DNA of 64,000 nt, taken from Phoronis australis (Eukaryota; Animalia; Phoronida). Position 1 is the stretch's first letter. The number at the start of each line of letters is the position of its first letter. The notes under the pieces are model-generated. The model was given only the letters and a program-made list of their open reading frames with translations. It had not been told where the DNA came from and did not search any database. The translations under genes were made by a program, and so were the position numbers. Location of the stretch: NCBI GenBank assembly GCA_002633005.1, contig NMRA01000506.1, positions 206,069 to 270,068 on the forward strand. Direction: 5' to 3'. Below are positions 27,400 through 41,400 of this stretch, piece after piece.

Positions 27400-28700
27400 A
27401 ACCACGAACCTTGCTGGCAGACATGATGGTGAAAATGCAAAATGTTTTACGATCCTTCTTCAACTTTGGTGAAGACAGTGGGTAAAAATCCTGAATTCTA
27501 GTTCTTACGTGAGAGCAGAATATTTTCTGCATATTTTCTTCCCAGCTGGGAGTAGGCAAGGGAACCCACGATCACATTAACTGTTTTTGATTCGCGCACG
27601 AATAACTGGACTTGTTCAGAAAAATGGGATTATTAAAGTACTTAATATTGGTAACTTGGAATCAAAGATTATTCAATATGCTGACGACTCAGCTCATTTC
27701 CTTGGCGGTTCAGAGAAGTTTCTGGAAAAGGTTTAGATCTTTCAGATCACTATTCTAAATACTTCGGTTCAAAACTTAATTTAGATAAAACTGAGTGAAT
27801 CTGAATCGGCGGCATCAACTCTAAGAAAAAAATTATATTGTCATAGTGGGATATAAAGTGGGCAACAGTCCATTTACTGTACTTGGAATAACATTTTCTG
27901 CAGATTTGCTTGATATTGTACAAATTAACATTGCAGTTAGATGATATTGTACAAATTAACATTGCAGTTAGATGATATTGTACAAATTAACATTACAGTT
28001 AGATGATATTGTACAAATTAACATTGCAGTTAGATGCTCATTAATGTGTGGTCCAAGAGAAATTCTACAATCCTAGGCAATATTACAGTTATCACCGTAA
28101 AGTGTCCTAAAATCGAATAAAAATAATCGCCAAAAGAGTCATTTTCCATTTTCAGTACCACATTGCATTGTTAACAATTCTCAAAGTTTCATCATGCGTT
28201 TGTTGGTGACAGATGTACGATATAAATTAGGCAAATAATCGAGTAAACATTTCTTCTTATTTATGTCTATTGAAAATATTTACATGAAATAAAATTTCAG
28301 TTTTTGTGTTCCAAATTTAGGAAACTTTACCGTGAATCAATTTTACTTCCCAATATTAGTTCATCTTTTTATCACCCTTCCAATTTTTTTCGAGGAATAA
28401 ACATTGCTTTTCTATAAATTCATTTGGTGGGGGAATGATAGAATAGCACGCAAAACTTTAATGGTGGGTGTGACTATAGAATGAAACATATGAATTCGTA
28501 CACCAGTGCCATGAAATTATGAAACTGACACAGATCCTAACTGGGTAATCAACTGCAATGATCACGGTTCCTGTTCATAAACTCCCAGGTTTGGTGCATT
28601 AGCGTATTAGTTTTCTAAAATCAAAAATGAGTGAACTGTGGAAGGGAGTTTTCATTGATTTTTAAGATTTCTTGACAGAAGTCTTCTCAGATTGCTATTC
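27400..28700 (+). mobile_element. Highly decayed L1/Tx1-type non-LTR retrotransposon RT remnant
   Basis: Ordered motifs across frameshifts: RQGNP (~27556), KIIQYADDSAHFL (~27666), KLNLDKTE (~27772), YLG (~27880), WSKRNSTILGNITVI (~28049), FIW.G.DRIARKTL (~28419). Confidence 0.75.
27911..28036. repeat. Tandem repeat, 31-bp unit x4
   Basis: TGATATTGTACAAATTAACATTGCAGTTAGA at 27911, 27942, 27973 and 28004 (one substitution in the third unit), inside the L1-like remnant. Confidence 0.95.
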
Positions 28701-31700
28701 ACCTCTGAATTAACCGCTGTTATACATTATCAAAATTGATATTAAGCCAATATGTATGAAACAACGGAAAGGTGTAACATATGTCATTTCGCTCTATGAT
28801 CACAACATTTCTAGGGGTTCATTTAGGGCCATTAAATCAGAACTTAAAGTTGTACCTAAGCCTGATAGTGGCATAATAATGCTATATTCTCCCTATGAAA
28901 ATTGTGACCTCAAATAAAAAGGAAGTCGCTGTACGGTACACTCCTTGGTAAGACTATGCTTTTAGATTAAAAAACAACATTAGGGCAAGCAGCAGAACTA
29001 CCAATTGTGAGTTTAATCATATATACGAACAACTTTTTTCGGAATACAAGGCCATCGACTGAAATCTATAAGAAATCACTGCAGTTTAAAAAACATATAT
29101 TTGTGGACTGGTTTGTTGATAGATGGGCAAAAGTGTATTTTGCTTTGGTTTTTAAACTGCTCATCTCACCTTAAGAACAATACAAGAAGTGATACAGTTA
29201 CTGCCTGCAAATCGAAAACATTATATGCAGGCAAATTAACAAAGTATAATAACAATAAATACGAAGAGGATTATTAATGGCAGATATCAAAAGACAATTT
29301 CTAAGTTCTAACAATGTACTACGTAGGATATTGCATGATCTAATTACAAATACAAAAATACACAGGCGAATAAACACACAAAGACACAAAAACACGGAAA
29401 GGTTGTATCAATGAGACTTAAGATTTAAGTTTACTATTGTAAATGAAAGTGGACACTATATCTACCAGATCTAACTTAAGTGGTTGTTAACCATAAAGAA
29501 AAGCGAAGCACGTTTTTAATTATAGGTGGTAAATGTAAGTGACATCAATTTTTGAAGAGATTGACAGGATCTATTTGGTGATGGGACCTTTAAGAAAAAA
29601 GTTATTAACACTATTCAAGGACCCAATACACAAAAATTTATACCTCTTGAAAATTATGTCGAAATTTTTGAGAATTAAAGAAAAGACCAGCACGTAGTTG
29701 ATTAAGAATTATTTCTTTGTGTCTTGTAATAGTTGTTATAAAAGCAGTCGGTGTGGATGAAACTCATGAGACTGACATCTTTTGACAGCAAGTTTCAGCG
29801 ATTGCCAAACGTTGTGCAATTTTTAGACGACAAGGAATAACGTTCCGCAGCTGGATGCACTGAATAAGAGGAGGTTTACGAAATAAATTAGAAAAATTAT
29901 GAGGTATTACAAACTCAAGCATGATGTGCTAAAATGGGTGCTTCTGATATTGTTAAAAAGTAGTAAATTGTAATGATTATTAATATTGTGAAAACTCCTA
30001 TAAATAATGACGTGTTGTTTTCTAAGGTCTGAGAGTCGAAAGTTTTTGCTTCAGTTACAGTAACGTATGCCTTACTGGAAACCCTTATGGAACCAGACAC
30101 GCACAATGCTGCCCAATACACTTTGATTACACATCCAGTACTGCGACATGACAAAACAGGTGAAAGTGGATCATGATGAATAGAGGCCGGCGGATACGTA
30201 TGGTCTCATTTACTACGTAAGCCAACACTGGGGCGCATTATGTCGCCAGCCGACTAGAGCGACGTCTTGCGTGAAAATGGCATTGGCTGAATTACTTTGT
30301 TGCACCTTTGCAGCATTTGTTTGTATGTGTTTCTTGACTTTGCGACAATGCGGGGAGTGGCAAAGATGCACTGAAAGCCTGGAACAAGTCCGCTGCCAAC
30401 AAAATGACGCACAAGATGGAAGTACTCTAATAAAGCAAGCACTCGCAGATACTCCAATAATTCAACTGTTGACAGAAGCAGATAGTCCCAGTACAAACCT
30501 CTGGACAGACTCGGCAGTGATCGGCTCAGGTTCCTGATGTGACGTGTTCCGAAGATAGCCGAAGTTGAAAATTTTCTGTTCTCAAAATTTTGTGGGGAAG
30601 TGGGAGCGAGTTTTAAACGAATAATAGAAAAATATAGGGTATGAAATAAAAAGAAATGTGATTTATAAGCAAACTTTATTACTAGTCAACACATGTGTAT
30701 ACATATTAAATACAACTAAATAGCTGTGAACCAATCTCTTTAAGACACTGCGACAGACGACGAAGCCACCAAAGACCCTTAGACGGCGAGGAAGTTTTCA
30801 GGAGAAAAAAAATGTATATATGAGGATCATACAGTTTTAGAAATTGGCCACCGAACCTATGTTCAGCCATATTCAGCAATATTCTCCGACACAACCGAAC
30901 GAGCCCCCCAATTATTGGACGAATTGGGCAAAAAGGTCCGCCTCAGAGAAAAAAAAGTCCGGGTAAACGAAACAAGAGTCCACAAAATCCCACGGGAAGC
31001 TGGCGCGGATGCACAATTCGTGGGCCTGAACCAAGTGGCACGGTTTTTTCATTAGTCCTCGTTGATTTCATTCACTAAAAGGTCCGCACACCGAAAAATT
31101 CGAAAATTCGAGCCTCCCTATACTTTAGGTTGGTTGCGCGCATGCAAACAATAACCGAAGAGCAGAGACCGTTAAGCAAAACCTGAAGTTTGCCCCGAGA
31201 TAAAGTTGGCAAACGACATGTATTACGAAAAATCTTGGCAAATCCAGTACAAACTTATATGCTGGTACCAGAAAGCTAGAAAATATGGTTACGATCTTCA
31301 TTAACGCACTTCAAGATATTCCAGTCTTGTTCGTCATATCCGCGACAGGCCCACAAATGTTCGACTCGCTGTGTCGGCTGTCACATTGCAGAACCATTTT
31401 TTTAATTAAGCCGATATTGTTCTTTCATTAAGGAGGGTAGCAAGTGGCGACGTCTCGTTTCAACAACCAACACAAAGTAAGTGTTGTTTATGCCAAATGT
31501 TCAGTGATTTACACAGTACACCAATGTGGAAAGACTTTGCCAGCCGATTCCGCGCATCTGCTGTGGGAGCGAGTATTGGCAACAATGGCCATTGGTGGCA
31601 CAGATGCCCGGGACGAGATGTTGCTTGGAAACCATCATCTGCAGCACCATCTTGGCCACTCAAAAATCTCTAGATTTGTTTATGTATTGCGACCACATTG

Positions 31701-33336
31701 AAGAACCTTTTTAGCGATAAAAAGAGAATTCGTTCAAGACTTTTGAGATTTAAATCATGGTTCCTTATTCTTTGAGCGACTTCTTCTTACCCGAAAAATT
31801 ATTAAACGGCAAAATGGTGTCTGTCATGACTCAAAATTTCATGTTAAACTGATTGGACGTGAACTAAAACAATTCAAAAGCGAATGGGGGATCGTATATA
31901 GTTAAGTAGTTTCAATTCACAAATTTTGTGGGGAAATCTTAACCACGTGAAACTAGGTCGCAAGCTCGTCAGAGACCGGTAGATAGGCGTATCCTTTGTT
32001 CACTTTGTTCTTCTTTCTTATAACAAAGATAATGGTACAATATCCGTGCGACCTGGATTGTTATATCCAACAAAGACGCTAAAACGGAAAACAATTGTAG
32101 TGCCCGTCGCATAAATCTCGCAAGTTAAACAATAGCTTGTGATTACGATACGACGTCATAAGTCAGTTTTTGTTTCTCTGAGGAGGACCTTTTGGCCACT
32201 TCGCCAAATAGGGGACTCGTTCGAGCACCCCCCCNCCATGCGTGCGCGCATGATCTGCGATGAGATTAGGCTACAATGACTTGCCCAGATTTTTTGGGAT
32301 TCAGGTGGATTGTTGCAACCACCGTGCTGTCTAGAAAAAATAAAAACCTTTAATCATGCAGACTTTCATCGATTTGTCGGGAAATGCTAGTATTCCCATG
32401 GAACTTGCGTATGGGTCACTGTGTACGTGCGTTGAAGTTTAACTGCGAGTGTCCTTGGTACTTAGACACCGACCTTCCTTTCGACAACGTATACCGTAGG
32501 CCTACACAGAATAGTCAAGATTTTGAACAGTCCTAGTTCCGTGTGGATGGAAAATGGATGTGTCCTCAGCTGATTAATGACTAACAGAAACTACGACGGA
32601 ATGAAACAAGTACTTCGAAATATCGTGTGTTTTAATCATGTCTCATGGTCAATTGCTTCACCAATGTTCTGTTGAGAGTCGAACATTGTTCCGACGATAC
32701 GAACTGAACGGAATCATGTTAACGACAGGTGTCGTGTATTCAACCAATTTTGCATATCGGAAAGCGTGCTCCCGAAGTATAGTCAGAAAAGCAAAGTTAA
32801 TTAATCCTGAACCTTGCGTTTAACTTGATATACAGACTTACGTCACCCCTTTTTTGTAATTATTTATGTCTCACTGAAAATAAGAATAAGCACATCAAAG
32901 AAAAATCTATATCGAGCACAAGCAAACACACAAAACATTTACATGCACGCAAAAACAAACACACAAACATCATCTAACTTATAAAATCATGTTTTTGCAG
33001 GTAAGAAATAAGGATTTCCTAAAACAGTTTGAAGGGGTTGGATATTTCTTTGAAAATAGTAGTTGTGCAGATAGTACTTAGATTTTGTAAACCACGGATC
33101 ATTTACTCTCTAAAAATGTTAAAAAATACTTAATGTTCAATTAGTAGCCCCAAAATTACATCAAAAATGTGCCACCCCGGCCATGATAACATTTTATCTA
33201 AGTCTTAGATTAAATCTTGTTGAGATGCTAAGCAGACTAAGACTTTAAATCTCCTACTACAAAAATTTTCAAGAAGTCACATCCACAAACATGTGATTAA
33301 ATGTTTCATACAGCAACACAAAAGTCACGTGTGTCC

Positions 33337-33600
33337 TCACGAACTAATCTTATCTATTTCAAAAGGCTTTTTGTACAAAACTTTCTGCTTCTTTGGCAAG
33401 GTACATTCGCCCTCTAGTGTTGTGCTTGTGATTGAATTCCAAAAATAGCACATAATGCTAGCTAGTCCGCAGTCGCACGTTAAGTTATTACCGTGAAAAT
33501 AGTGATCAGGTAGGAAGTATTTTGGGACCGCTGTGAATCGATTGAAAGCAAGATTCAACTCGTGAAGATAGGTACTTGTCTTTGTCATTGTGCTGGTACG
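33337..33600 (-). pseudogene. LRR plus LRR C-terminal cap fragment (TLR/LRR receptor-like), disrupted
   Basis: LHELNLAFNRFTAVP (LRR) followed by HGNNLTCDCGL...ECTLP (LRR-CT: GNxxxCDC...C..P); cut off upstream by a GC-rich MITE at ~33612-33732. Confidence 0.6.
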
Positions 33601-34472
33601 CCGGATCACATCCAGAGGCGGATCTACGGGGGTATTTAGGGGGTTCAAACCCCCTCGCGACAGGATCAAAAATAAAAATTTAGTGCTTGTGTCACAGAAT
33701 GCATGGTATTTCAACTGAAGTTCGAGCCCCTGATACGTGATGTTGAGATGAAGCAGTAGGCCTACTCACGCCGACGCACCAGCCACTCCGCATCTCATTT
33801 GCAATAGACACGTACGGTCTCTGTGAAAGTTTTAAACAACAGGTAGCGCTGTTAAACGACAATGGTGGACATGATCGCAGTGACGTGATGAACTTCTAAA
33901 TCTCTCCATAGATACACGTTATCTGTACTCTATCCTGTAAGTATGTTCAAAGACCTGTTCCTCTAACTATTTTATAACGTACGATTTTTATTTAGGAAAT
34001 AGCATACACTAGGAAAGGAGAAGGGATTAGTAAATTGTCGGTCAGTTACGACGAGTTGGCCAATCGTGGATTTCAAACCAGTTTCACTCTCGTCAGCCGT
34101 TCACCGTTAGGCGTTATGTAGACCCACTATATTATAAGAACATGGTAATTACGCATGTTCTGACATTGGAACTTAAAACCATCAGATATTGTGTATTGGC
34201 CTGAAATCGCTTGTTACCGGCCAAACAAAGGTTTGTGGTTTTCTCAGAATTACCTCCGACCCGAAAATGAGCCAAGATTACTTTTTCGGGTCAGTCTATC
34301 ACGATCAAAACGCGATATGTGTCGTCTGTGAAGAATTACAATTATAGCCACATAGTTATCTTAAAGGTAATTAAATTAATAAACATGCGTTCCCGTCAAA
34401 AAAACTAATTTTTGATTTAGACCGTTTGCTATAAAATTGGTCTCGATTGGTTCCTTACTAGGCTACTGATGC

Positions 34473-34844
34473 TTATTTCCATTCAACTTTTAAATTTACT
34501 CTTCATAAGAGTTTAAGGGTCTGTAACCCTCTTCATAAGAGTTTAAGGGTCTGTAGCCCTCATTCACTTCATATTGGATGGCCTTCCTACAAGTCTCATT
34601 ACATGTTGCGGTTCTCAAGATCATAGCTCCGGTCTTATGACCGTAGATTGCTTTGATTGACTACTCACTGACCTTCCGTTGGAGGCCAATCAAAGCAATC
34701 TATGGTCGTAAATAAGATTTCAAGAACCGCAACACACAGTGATGCAACTGAACGAGACTTGTCGGAAGGCGATCCAAAAGAGTGAATGAGGGTTACAGAC
34801 CCATTCTCTCGTATGAAGAGTAAATTAAAAGGTGAGTGGAAATA
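34473..34844. mobile_element. ~370-bp near-palindromic (foldback) MITE with an internal 30-bp tandem duplication
   Basis: The arms are reverse complements: TTATTTCCA.TCA.CTTTTAA.TTTACTCTTCATA..GGGTCTGTAACCCT..CATTCACT pairs with 34781-34844; GTTGCGGTTCT / AGAACCGCAAC; GACCGTAGATTGCTTTGATTG / CAATCAAAGCAATCTATGGTC. 34501-34530 is repeated at 34531-34560. Confidence 0.8.
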
Positions 34845-35288
34845 ATCACCGGTGCACAATACCAGGGTCTCAACTGCCATAGTAGGGATGGTGATCATCC
34901 CATAGGCACTTGATACCCTGGAACTTTTTCGGTAAATTATGGCTCACACTGATCAAACCATCATAGTCATGTTGCTATACGTACCTTTTGCATATAGAGG
35001 GACACTTTAGGAGGCTGTTGATGTCTTTCACTCTTCCCAGCACGAACAAATACTCCGGCAATCAAACTATTTCGAACAGTCCATCGTTCACTTCTTTCCT
35101 AGCCCAGAAATCACATCTTTTTTGACAAAGGAACACTTTGAGACCAAGTTCATCATTGTCAATGGTCTAAATCAGAAGTTGTTTTTTTTGTGACGGAAGG
35201 TGAGTTTATAGCCACTTTATATTATGCAATGGCACCGTAATTCTTTGATGAAAGTGGAATTTCTACCTGCAGTGCACAAACGGGCAGA

Positions 35289-35477
35289 ATGCGTCCTGAC
35301 GAACACAAGAGAAAGAGGAGTCAACAATACAAGAAAAAACATGCGATCGAAGAGCAAACAAAATCTAAGGACAAGAACAAACAAAACAGCAAGCCTAGCA
35401 AGAATGATGTTGGCCAAAAACATAAGCCAATAACAACTTCATTAGTTGAAGGCAATAAAGCTGGGGACAATGCTGAG
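35289..35477 (+). CDS. AVEN: AVEN exon 1
   Basis: MRPDEHKRKRSQQYKKKH...GDNAE, then GTAGTA donor; phase 0. Confidence 0.8.
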
Positions 35478-38400
35478 GTAGTATTTGGACAAGGTTGTTA
35501 CTCTCTTGTCACTTAAAGATTTATAGGACACTGGGAAAATGTCCAAATTTGGCTAACTTCGGAACATCATATCTGAGAAATGGGTGATCGAATTCATGTG
35601 AAACTTTCATACACTATGCTATTTTATAAAAAATCATTAAAAGTTTTTTAATGTTCCACTGTTGCATGAGGGGATATCATATGAAAGGACTTTTATGTTT
35701 TTCGTGAAAAAGTCAGAAGTTGCATAAAATGAAAACGAATTGATCAGTTAGAAAACTGTAGCAGCGCTTTTGAGATTTCATCGTGAACTTGATTTACATT
35801 TTATGAAATTTAGTCATGTTATTGATACCGATATTTTGTTATCATTGTACCTTCCATTTTGCTAAATTAACGAGTGTTAAAAAGTCAAAAATCAAATTCT
35901 ATGGGCTTTCCACTTTAAGAAAATATGTATTTCTACTCGTTAAAGTCAATAGTTTTTGTATATTTGGCTAATTAAACAGACTTGTTGATAGAGTCCTACA
36001 CAACTTTAACAAGTCTAGGCGTACATGTGTGGATGCAATATTGCCGTTGTCTCTCTTTGGGCATTCGCTGTCTGTCTAGTTTTATAATTGATGATTTCAG
36101 CTTTTTGATTGATTTTGCTTTTAAAAATGTAACAACAGATTTAGCTTTAACTTTTCAATTTGAAGTTGGTTTAATCAACTTTGTCAGAATTTTGATAATT
36201 TTAGTGACCAAATTTGGCGCAAATGTTTCATTTGGTTAGGTTTTGTCATCAATAAACTGTTCATGCGTTATGAATTTTTATGCTCTCCCTATGGTAATTT
36301 GATTATAAAGTACCTCTAATTGTTTTATTTACCGATTTATATTCTCTAATTATAAACATTTTAAAAAATATACAATTTTTATTGTTTTTGTAAGCAAAAC
36401 TGCAGTGGCAATTGCATGAAGTCAGATCCAACCAGACCGAGAAATTGAAATAAAGCGTAAAAACACTTAACCAAAAAGCTGGGGGTACAAACTAGAAAAA
36501 CCACTACTTTGTTTAAGTTAAGAAAAAACTGACTGATGCATGTTTTACTTAAGGCCAAAAAAGCATCTTTAGTTCTTGTTTGTACCTAACTAATTTTGAA
36601 GCCTGTGTTCACTACTTGAAGAATAAAATAGTTTCTTTTGAAAAGCTCTACAAAGACTCGCCAATAAAGTTTTAAGCACTGTTGCTTGTCCAGTGAGGCA
36701 GAAGTATCTATAAATGATGCACTGTCTCGCAGGCGCGAATTCTAAGCAAAGCTAGAATTGTCATAAGCATGTAATTTATTGCGAAGACAAGGCTGCCAGT
36801 TTAGAAGAGTGAAAACATTGCCACTTATGTAGAGTTGATAGTTTTTCGTTTAAATACTCAACATCGTCAATGAGTCAAGTTAATGAACTTTTGTGTAAAA
36901 TAAAGCTTAAGTTATCACTGTCTTAGCCTAGACTATGTTTACAACCTGGCCCCCAGTAGAATAGTATAAATTTTGTGTTTGTCATCCTCAACTCTGATGA
37001 GCCTGTGTGAGAAGGTGCTGGACATATCACTGAATGATAACTTTATTTTTACCATTTTAGGTAACTAACCATCAGCTTGTATACAGACGGCGTAAAATAG
37101 AAAGTAACTGGCAACGTTACGAAGATGACAGTGAAGATGTGGAGAGTACAGCGACTTCTAGAGGGGAGAGTTTTCAGAAGCTGCTGAGCTCAACAGGTGT
37201 GTTTATGTTCATTTATACCTAAAAGAAACTTCTTGCAAACTAGCACTTTATATATAATGTATGGCGTCATTGTACCATGTTAATCCCTATTCCTGTTTGA
37301 AAACATTGAAAATTGTGATACATTATTAGGCATGTCCATGACCTACTTACTTTGTGAGGCAGATCAAGAAAAATTTGGCATTTTTCAAGCCTCGAAAGTG
37401 TTATGATATACCGTCAGAGGTCCTAAAGTCGTGAGTGCCCTAAAGTCGTGAACGATTTCATTTCCTCTTCTGCGCGGTCCCGCGATATCTGGCGTTGAGG
37501 TTTCTAGCGTTCATCTGCTTACGAACGTCAAACGAATACCCGGACATGTTGGTATTCACAATATGATAACAAACAGTGAGTGAGTGGCTTCTTTTTTCAA
37601 ATGTATCTTAAAAACAGCATATTTTACTATTCCACTTTTTTGTGCATTTTTGGGATATATTTTTTTCGAAAATATTCATCGTTCAGATTTACTCAAACAC
37701 GCGCTGCAGGGGTAGCTTGAACAATGTATCAAAATGTCCCAGGGTCGATCAAATTTTGTAAGGCCAAAGCAATAAAATACAGAGATATACTTGATGCTGG
37801 GTTCTTAGCGTTTTACGTGAACAACTTCATTGAGAACGTCTGTACACATCAAAGTTGGGTGCAAAACATATAACAATTTATTTCAATTGAAACTGAATTA
37901 ATAAACAATGCAGTCCATTTTTATGTCGTCTAGAGTAACTGTAAGCACATGTAGTTGACTTGTGTGGTCTTACTTCTTGTATTCCCGTCTAAACGAAACG
38001 GTCACGACTTTAGGGCCTCATTCAAAATGGCCGGCGATATCAGCGACCGTTTCAAAACTCTGCTTACGGAGACAACCAAGGATTAAGATTGTCAAAACGC
38101 GTATATTTGTGAAGGCATATATATGTCCATGACATCACATGAGCAGTTGCTAAGGGACATTGGGTAGTATGACAGTCAGCTGCTTATTATGCTTATATTC
38201 ACGACTTTAAGTCACCGGTGTATACGAAGGGTGTGAATGACCAATCCATTTTATAGTGCAGAGTAAGAGAAATGCAATATCTTTCAAACCTCTGTAGGTA
38301 CTCTTAAATTTAAGGAATGTATTTGGCTGACCTATTTTGTGAAGTATGTTTTAAACTTAAGGCACCAGTTTTAAGGGGATATTCTCGGCAAGAAAAATAC

Positions 38401-41400
38401 TTTTACAGAAAATAGCAGGAGCATGGAATTGAACCCTTTAACTCCATAGAACCATCAGAATGTGCCACTGCTGAGCCAAATCCTTGCATATATTTAAGTG
38501 GTAAAGACACTGCTCTTTGTTTTTACGATTATCTGGCAGACAACGATGACAATTGGCGTTTTTTAATGAAATGGCAAAAACAACGAATTTTGTTTTATTG
38601 CTCTGGTCAAAGTTCATAACTTCAAAAAACCTGCCCCATCCAACAATACCAAAATGTGTGTTTTTGGATGTTAAACCAATAATGTCACTTTAAAAACCTA
38701 ACATTTACTTGTTATTTGTATAAAAACACTTTCATTTTGACAACTCTCCGTTATGAGGTTGGTTTCTATGTTCTTCTAACATTCTCACATTAGAGAAGAA
38801 GTTTGGACTGTGGTAAAACTGACATCATTTTGGCTCAAGACAAGGCTCTAGAAGATGGACTCAACGCCGAGGAAATTTGGGCAGAGCGTGACCTCCTTGG
38901 GGGGAGAAGTAACAAACCGCCAGTGTTTTCTCCAGACTTGTCATCACCAATTTTATTATGGTAAATTGTCCAAGTCATGTCTATTGTACACAGCAGCTGT
39001 TTGTTTTTGTATTTCAGGTGAAGCGTTGGCACAGTTTCAATTTGAAGAAGAGAAAGATTGGGCCAGTGATGTGGACGCTTTTTCAGACTTTTTTAAAATC
39101 GATTGCCACAAATTGTCTGCTCGTTTGAAGTGCGTCCCATTGCATAAGAGATTACAACTTCCCTTTGAAGTCCTGGATGTGAGTTTTGTTATTAAGTCAG
39201 TTTCTCTTTTAAGTTTTGACAGAGGTCTTAAGGGCAGACAAAATACAGCTATTTGCTATTTGTCGTTGTTGAAATACAAGGTGGTGTATATGAAGTAATG
39301 AGATGATGCTCTGTTCAGGTTTTCATATTGAGGCAATTCTCTGTTAAACCTTACCAACACCCAATTCAATATTCAGTTGAATGAGTCCCTCCTTTTAGGA
39401 TTTGAAATGACCCAAAATCTTTTGTTCAACCGGTGGTCCTGATGGCGCAGCCAACTAGAGCATCTGCATGGTTAGCAGAAGGTCCTGGGTTTGAGTCCCA
39501 GTCATGGCATTATCTTTTCAAGCTTATTCATTAGGTCACGTTATATGGCCAATAGGTGGCATGCAGACCAGACTTAAAAATGTTCGCAACCTATATTTCC
39601 AAGATTTACATATTGACATACACTCACGATTTGAAGGGTGGGATACCCTTCACTAAGTGTGATTAGATTTCTGTGTTTGAATAGTGGTTCTTATTGCTTA
39701 CTGGACTATAGCGTCTGCATGGTCCAGCCTTGGCAGAAATCTTTTCAGACATATATTAATAAGGTCATGTCATGTGACCAATAGGCGGTGTGCAGACCAG
39801 ACTTCCAAATGTTTGAATCACAGTCTTTCACCATTTGGCAAGCCCTGAGCACAGTCATCAAATTTCACCTGTTCAAATGAACTCTAACATCAAACTGTAA
39901 TTGCAGGAAAAGACTATTTCAAAGTTTAACTGCGATGCCGAGGAAAACCGGATAAAATATGCTGATCTCGTGAAGTGTAAATCGAGGACAGATGTCAGTG
40001 TTACGTCCGACTGCAAAGTGTCTATGCATGATGACCTGGCGGGTATTCATAATATCAACATCGACCTGGACCAGATCCTCAATCCGTGTACAATAGGGGG
40101 TGCTACAGAGAGTGTCTTGAAGGACAATAGAGTAGTCATTGATCACACGATCAAGGAAAGTACGAGATGTGTCAGTGAGGAGAAATGTCTGGATTTTCTT
40201 CTTAAGTNAATATAGCTATTTGCTATTTGTCGTTATTGAAATACAAGGTGGTGTATATGAAGTAATGAGACAATGCTCTGTTCGGGTTTTCATATTGAGG
40301 CAATTCTCTGTTAAACCTTACCAACACCCAATTCAATATTCAGTTGAACGAGTATCTCCTTTTAGGATTTGAAATGACCCAACATCTTTTGTTCAACCGG
40401 TGGTCCTGATGTCGCAGCCAACTAGAGCATCTGCATGGTTAGCAGAAGGTCCTGGGTTTGAGTCCCAGTCATGGCATTATCTTTTCAGACTTATTCATTA
40501 GGTCACGTTATATGGCCAATAGGTGGCATGCAGACCAGACTTAAAAATGTTCGCAACCTATATTTCCAAGATTTACATATTGACATACACTCACGAGTTG
40601 AAGGGTGGGATACCCTTCACTAAGTGTGATTAGATTTCTGTGTTTGAATAGTGGTTCTTATTGCTTACTGGACTATAGCGTCTGCATGGTCCAGCCTTGG
40701 CAGAAATCTTTTCAGACATATATTAATAAGGTCATGTCATGTGACCAATAGGCGGTGTGCAGACCAGACTTCCAAATGTTTGAATCACAGTCTTTCACCA
40801 TTTGGCAAGCCCTGAGCACAGTCATCAAATTTCACCTGTTCAAATGAACTCTAACATCAAACTGTAATTGCAGGAAAAGACTATTTCAAAGTTTAACTGC
40901 GATGCCGAGGAAAACCGGATAAAATATGCTGATCTCGTGAAGTGTAAATCGAGGACAGATGTCAGTGTTACGTCCGACTGCAAAGTGTCTATGCATGATG
41001 ACCTGGCGGGTATTCATAATATCAACATCGACCTGGACCAGATCCTCAATCCGTGTACAATAGGGGGTGCTACAGAGAGTGTCTTGAAGGACAATAGAGT
41101 AGTCATTGATCACACGATCAAGGAAAGTACGAGATGTGTCAGTGAGGAGAAATGTCTGGATTTTCTTCTTAAGTTAGATAACTACATGGATGAGGAATAT
41201 TTGGGTTCAGAAAGAGCAATTACCGTTGACATTAACAAAGGCACGATCGATAAGAATTCTCTGGGCTTACGTGTTGAAGCAGCTGAAGTGATGAAAAGTA
41301 ACAGCATTGACAAACGTCAGGAGCTGGGGACTGGATTCACTGAAGACTCACCTGAAGATGTGTTGGACTTTCTGCTGAGTTTAGATGCACCAGTGAAACA

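Noticed and set aside
36980-37025. GTC...CTGATGAG, resembling a hammerhead ribozyme core
   Set aside because: No GAAA after the putative stem II and no convincing stems I/III.
39901-40215. Separate 104-aa ORF or AVEN paralog
   Set aside because: Identical truncated copy of AVEN exon 4 ending at an N; best explained as an assembly overlap.
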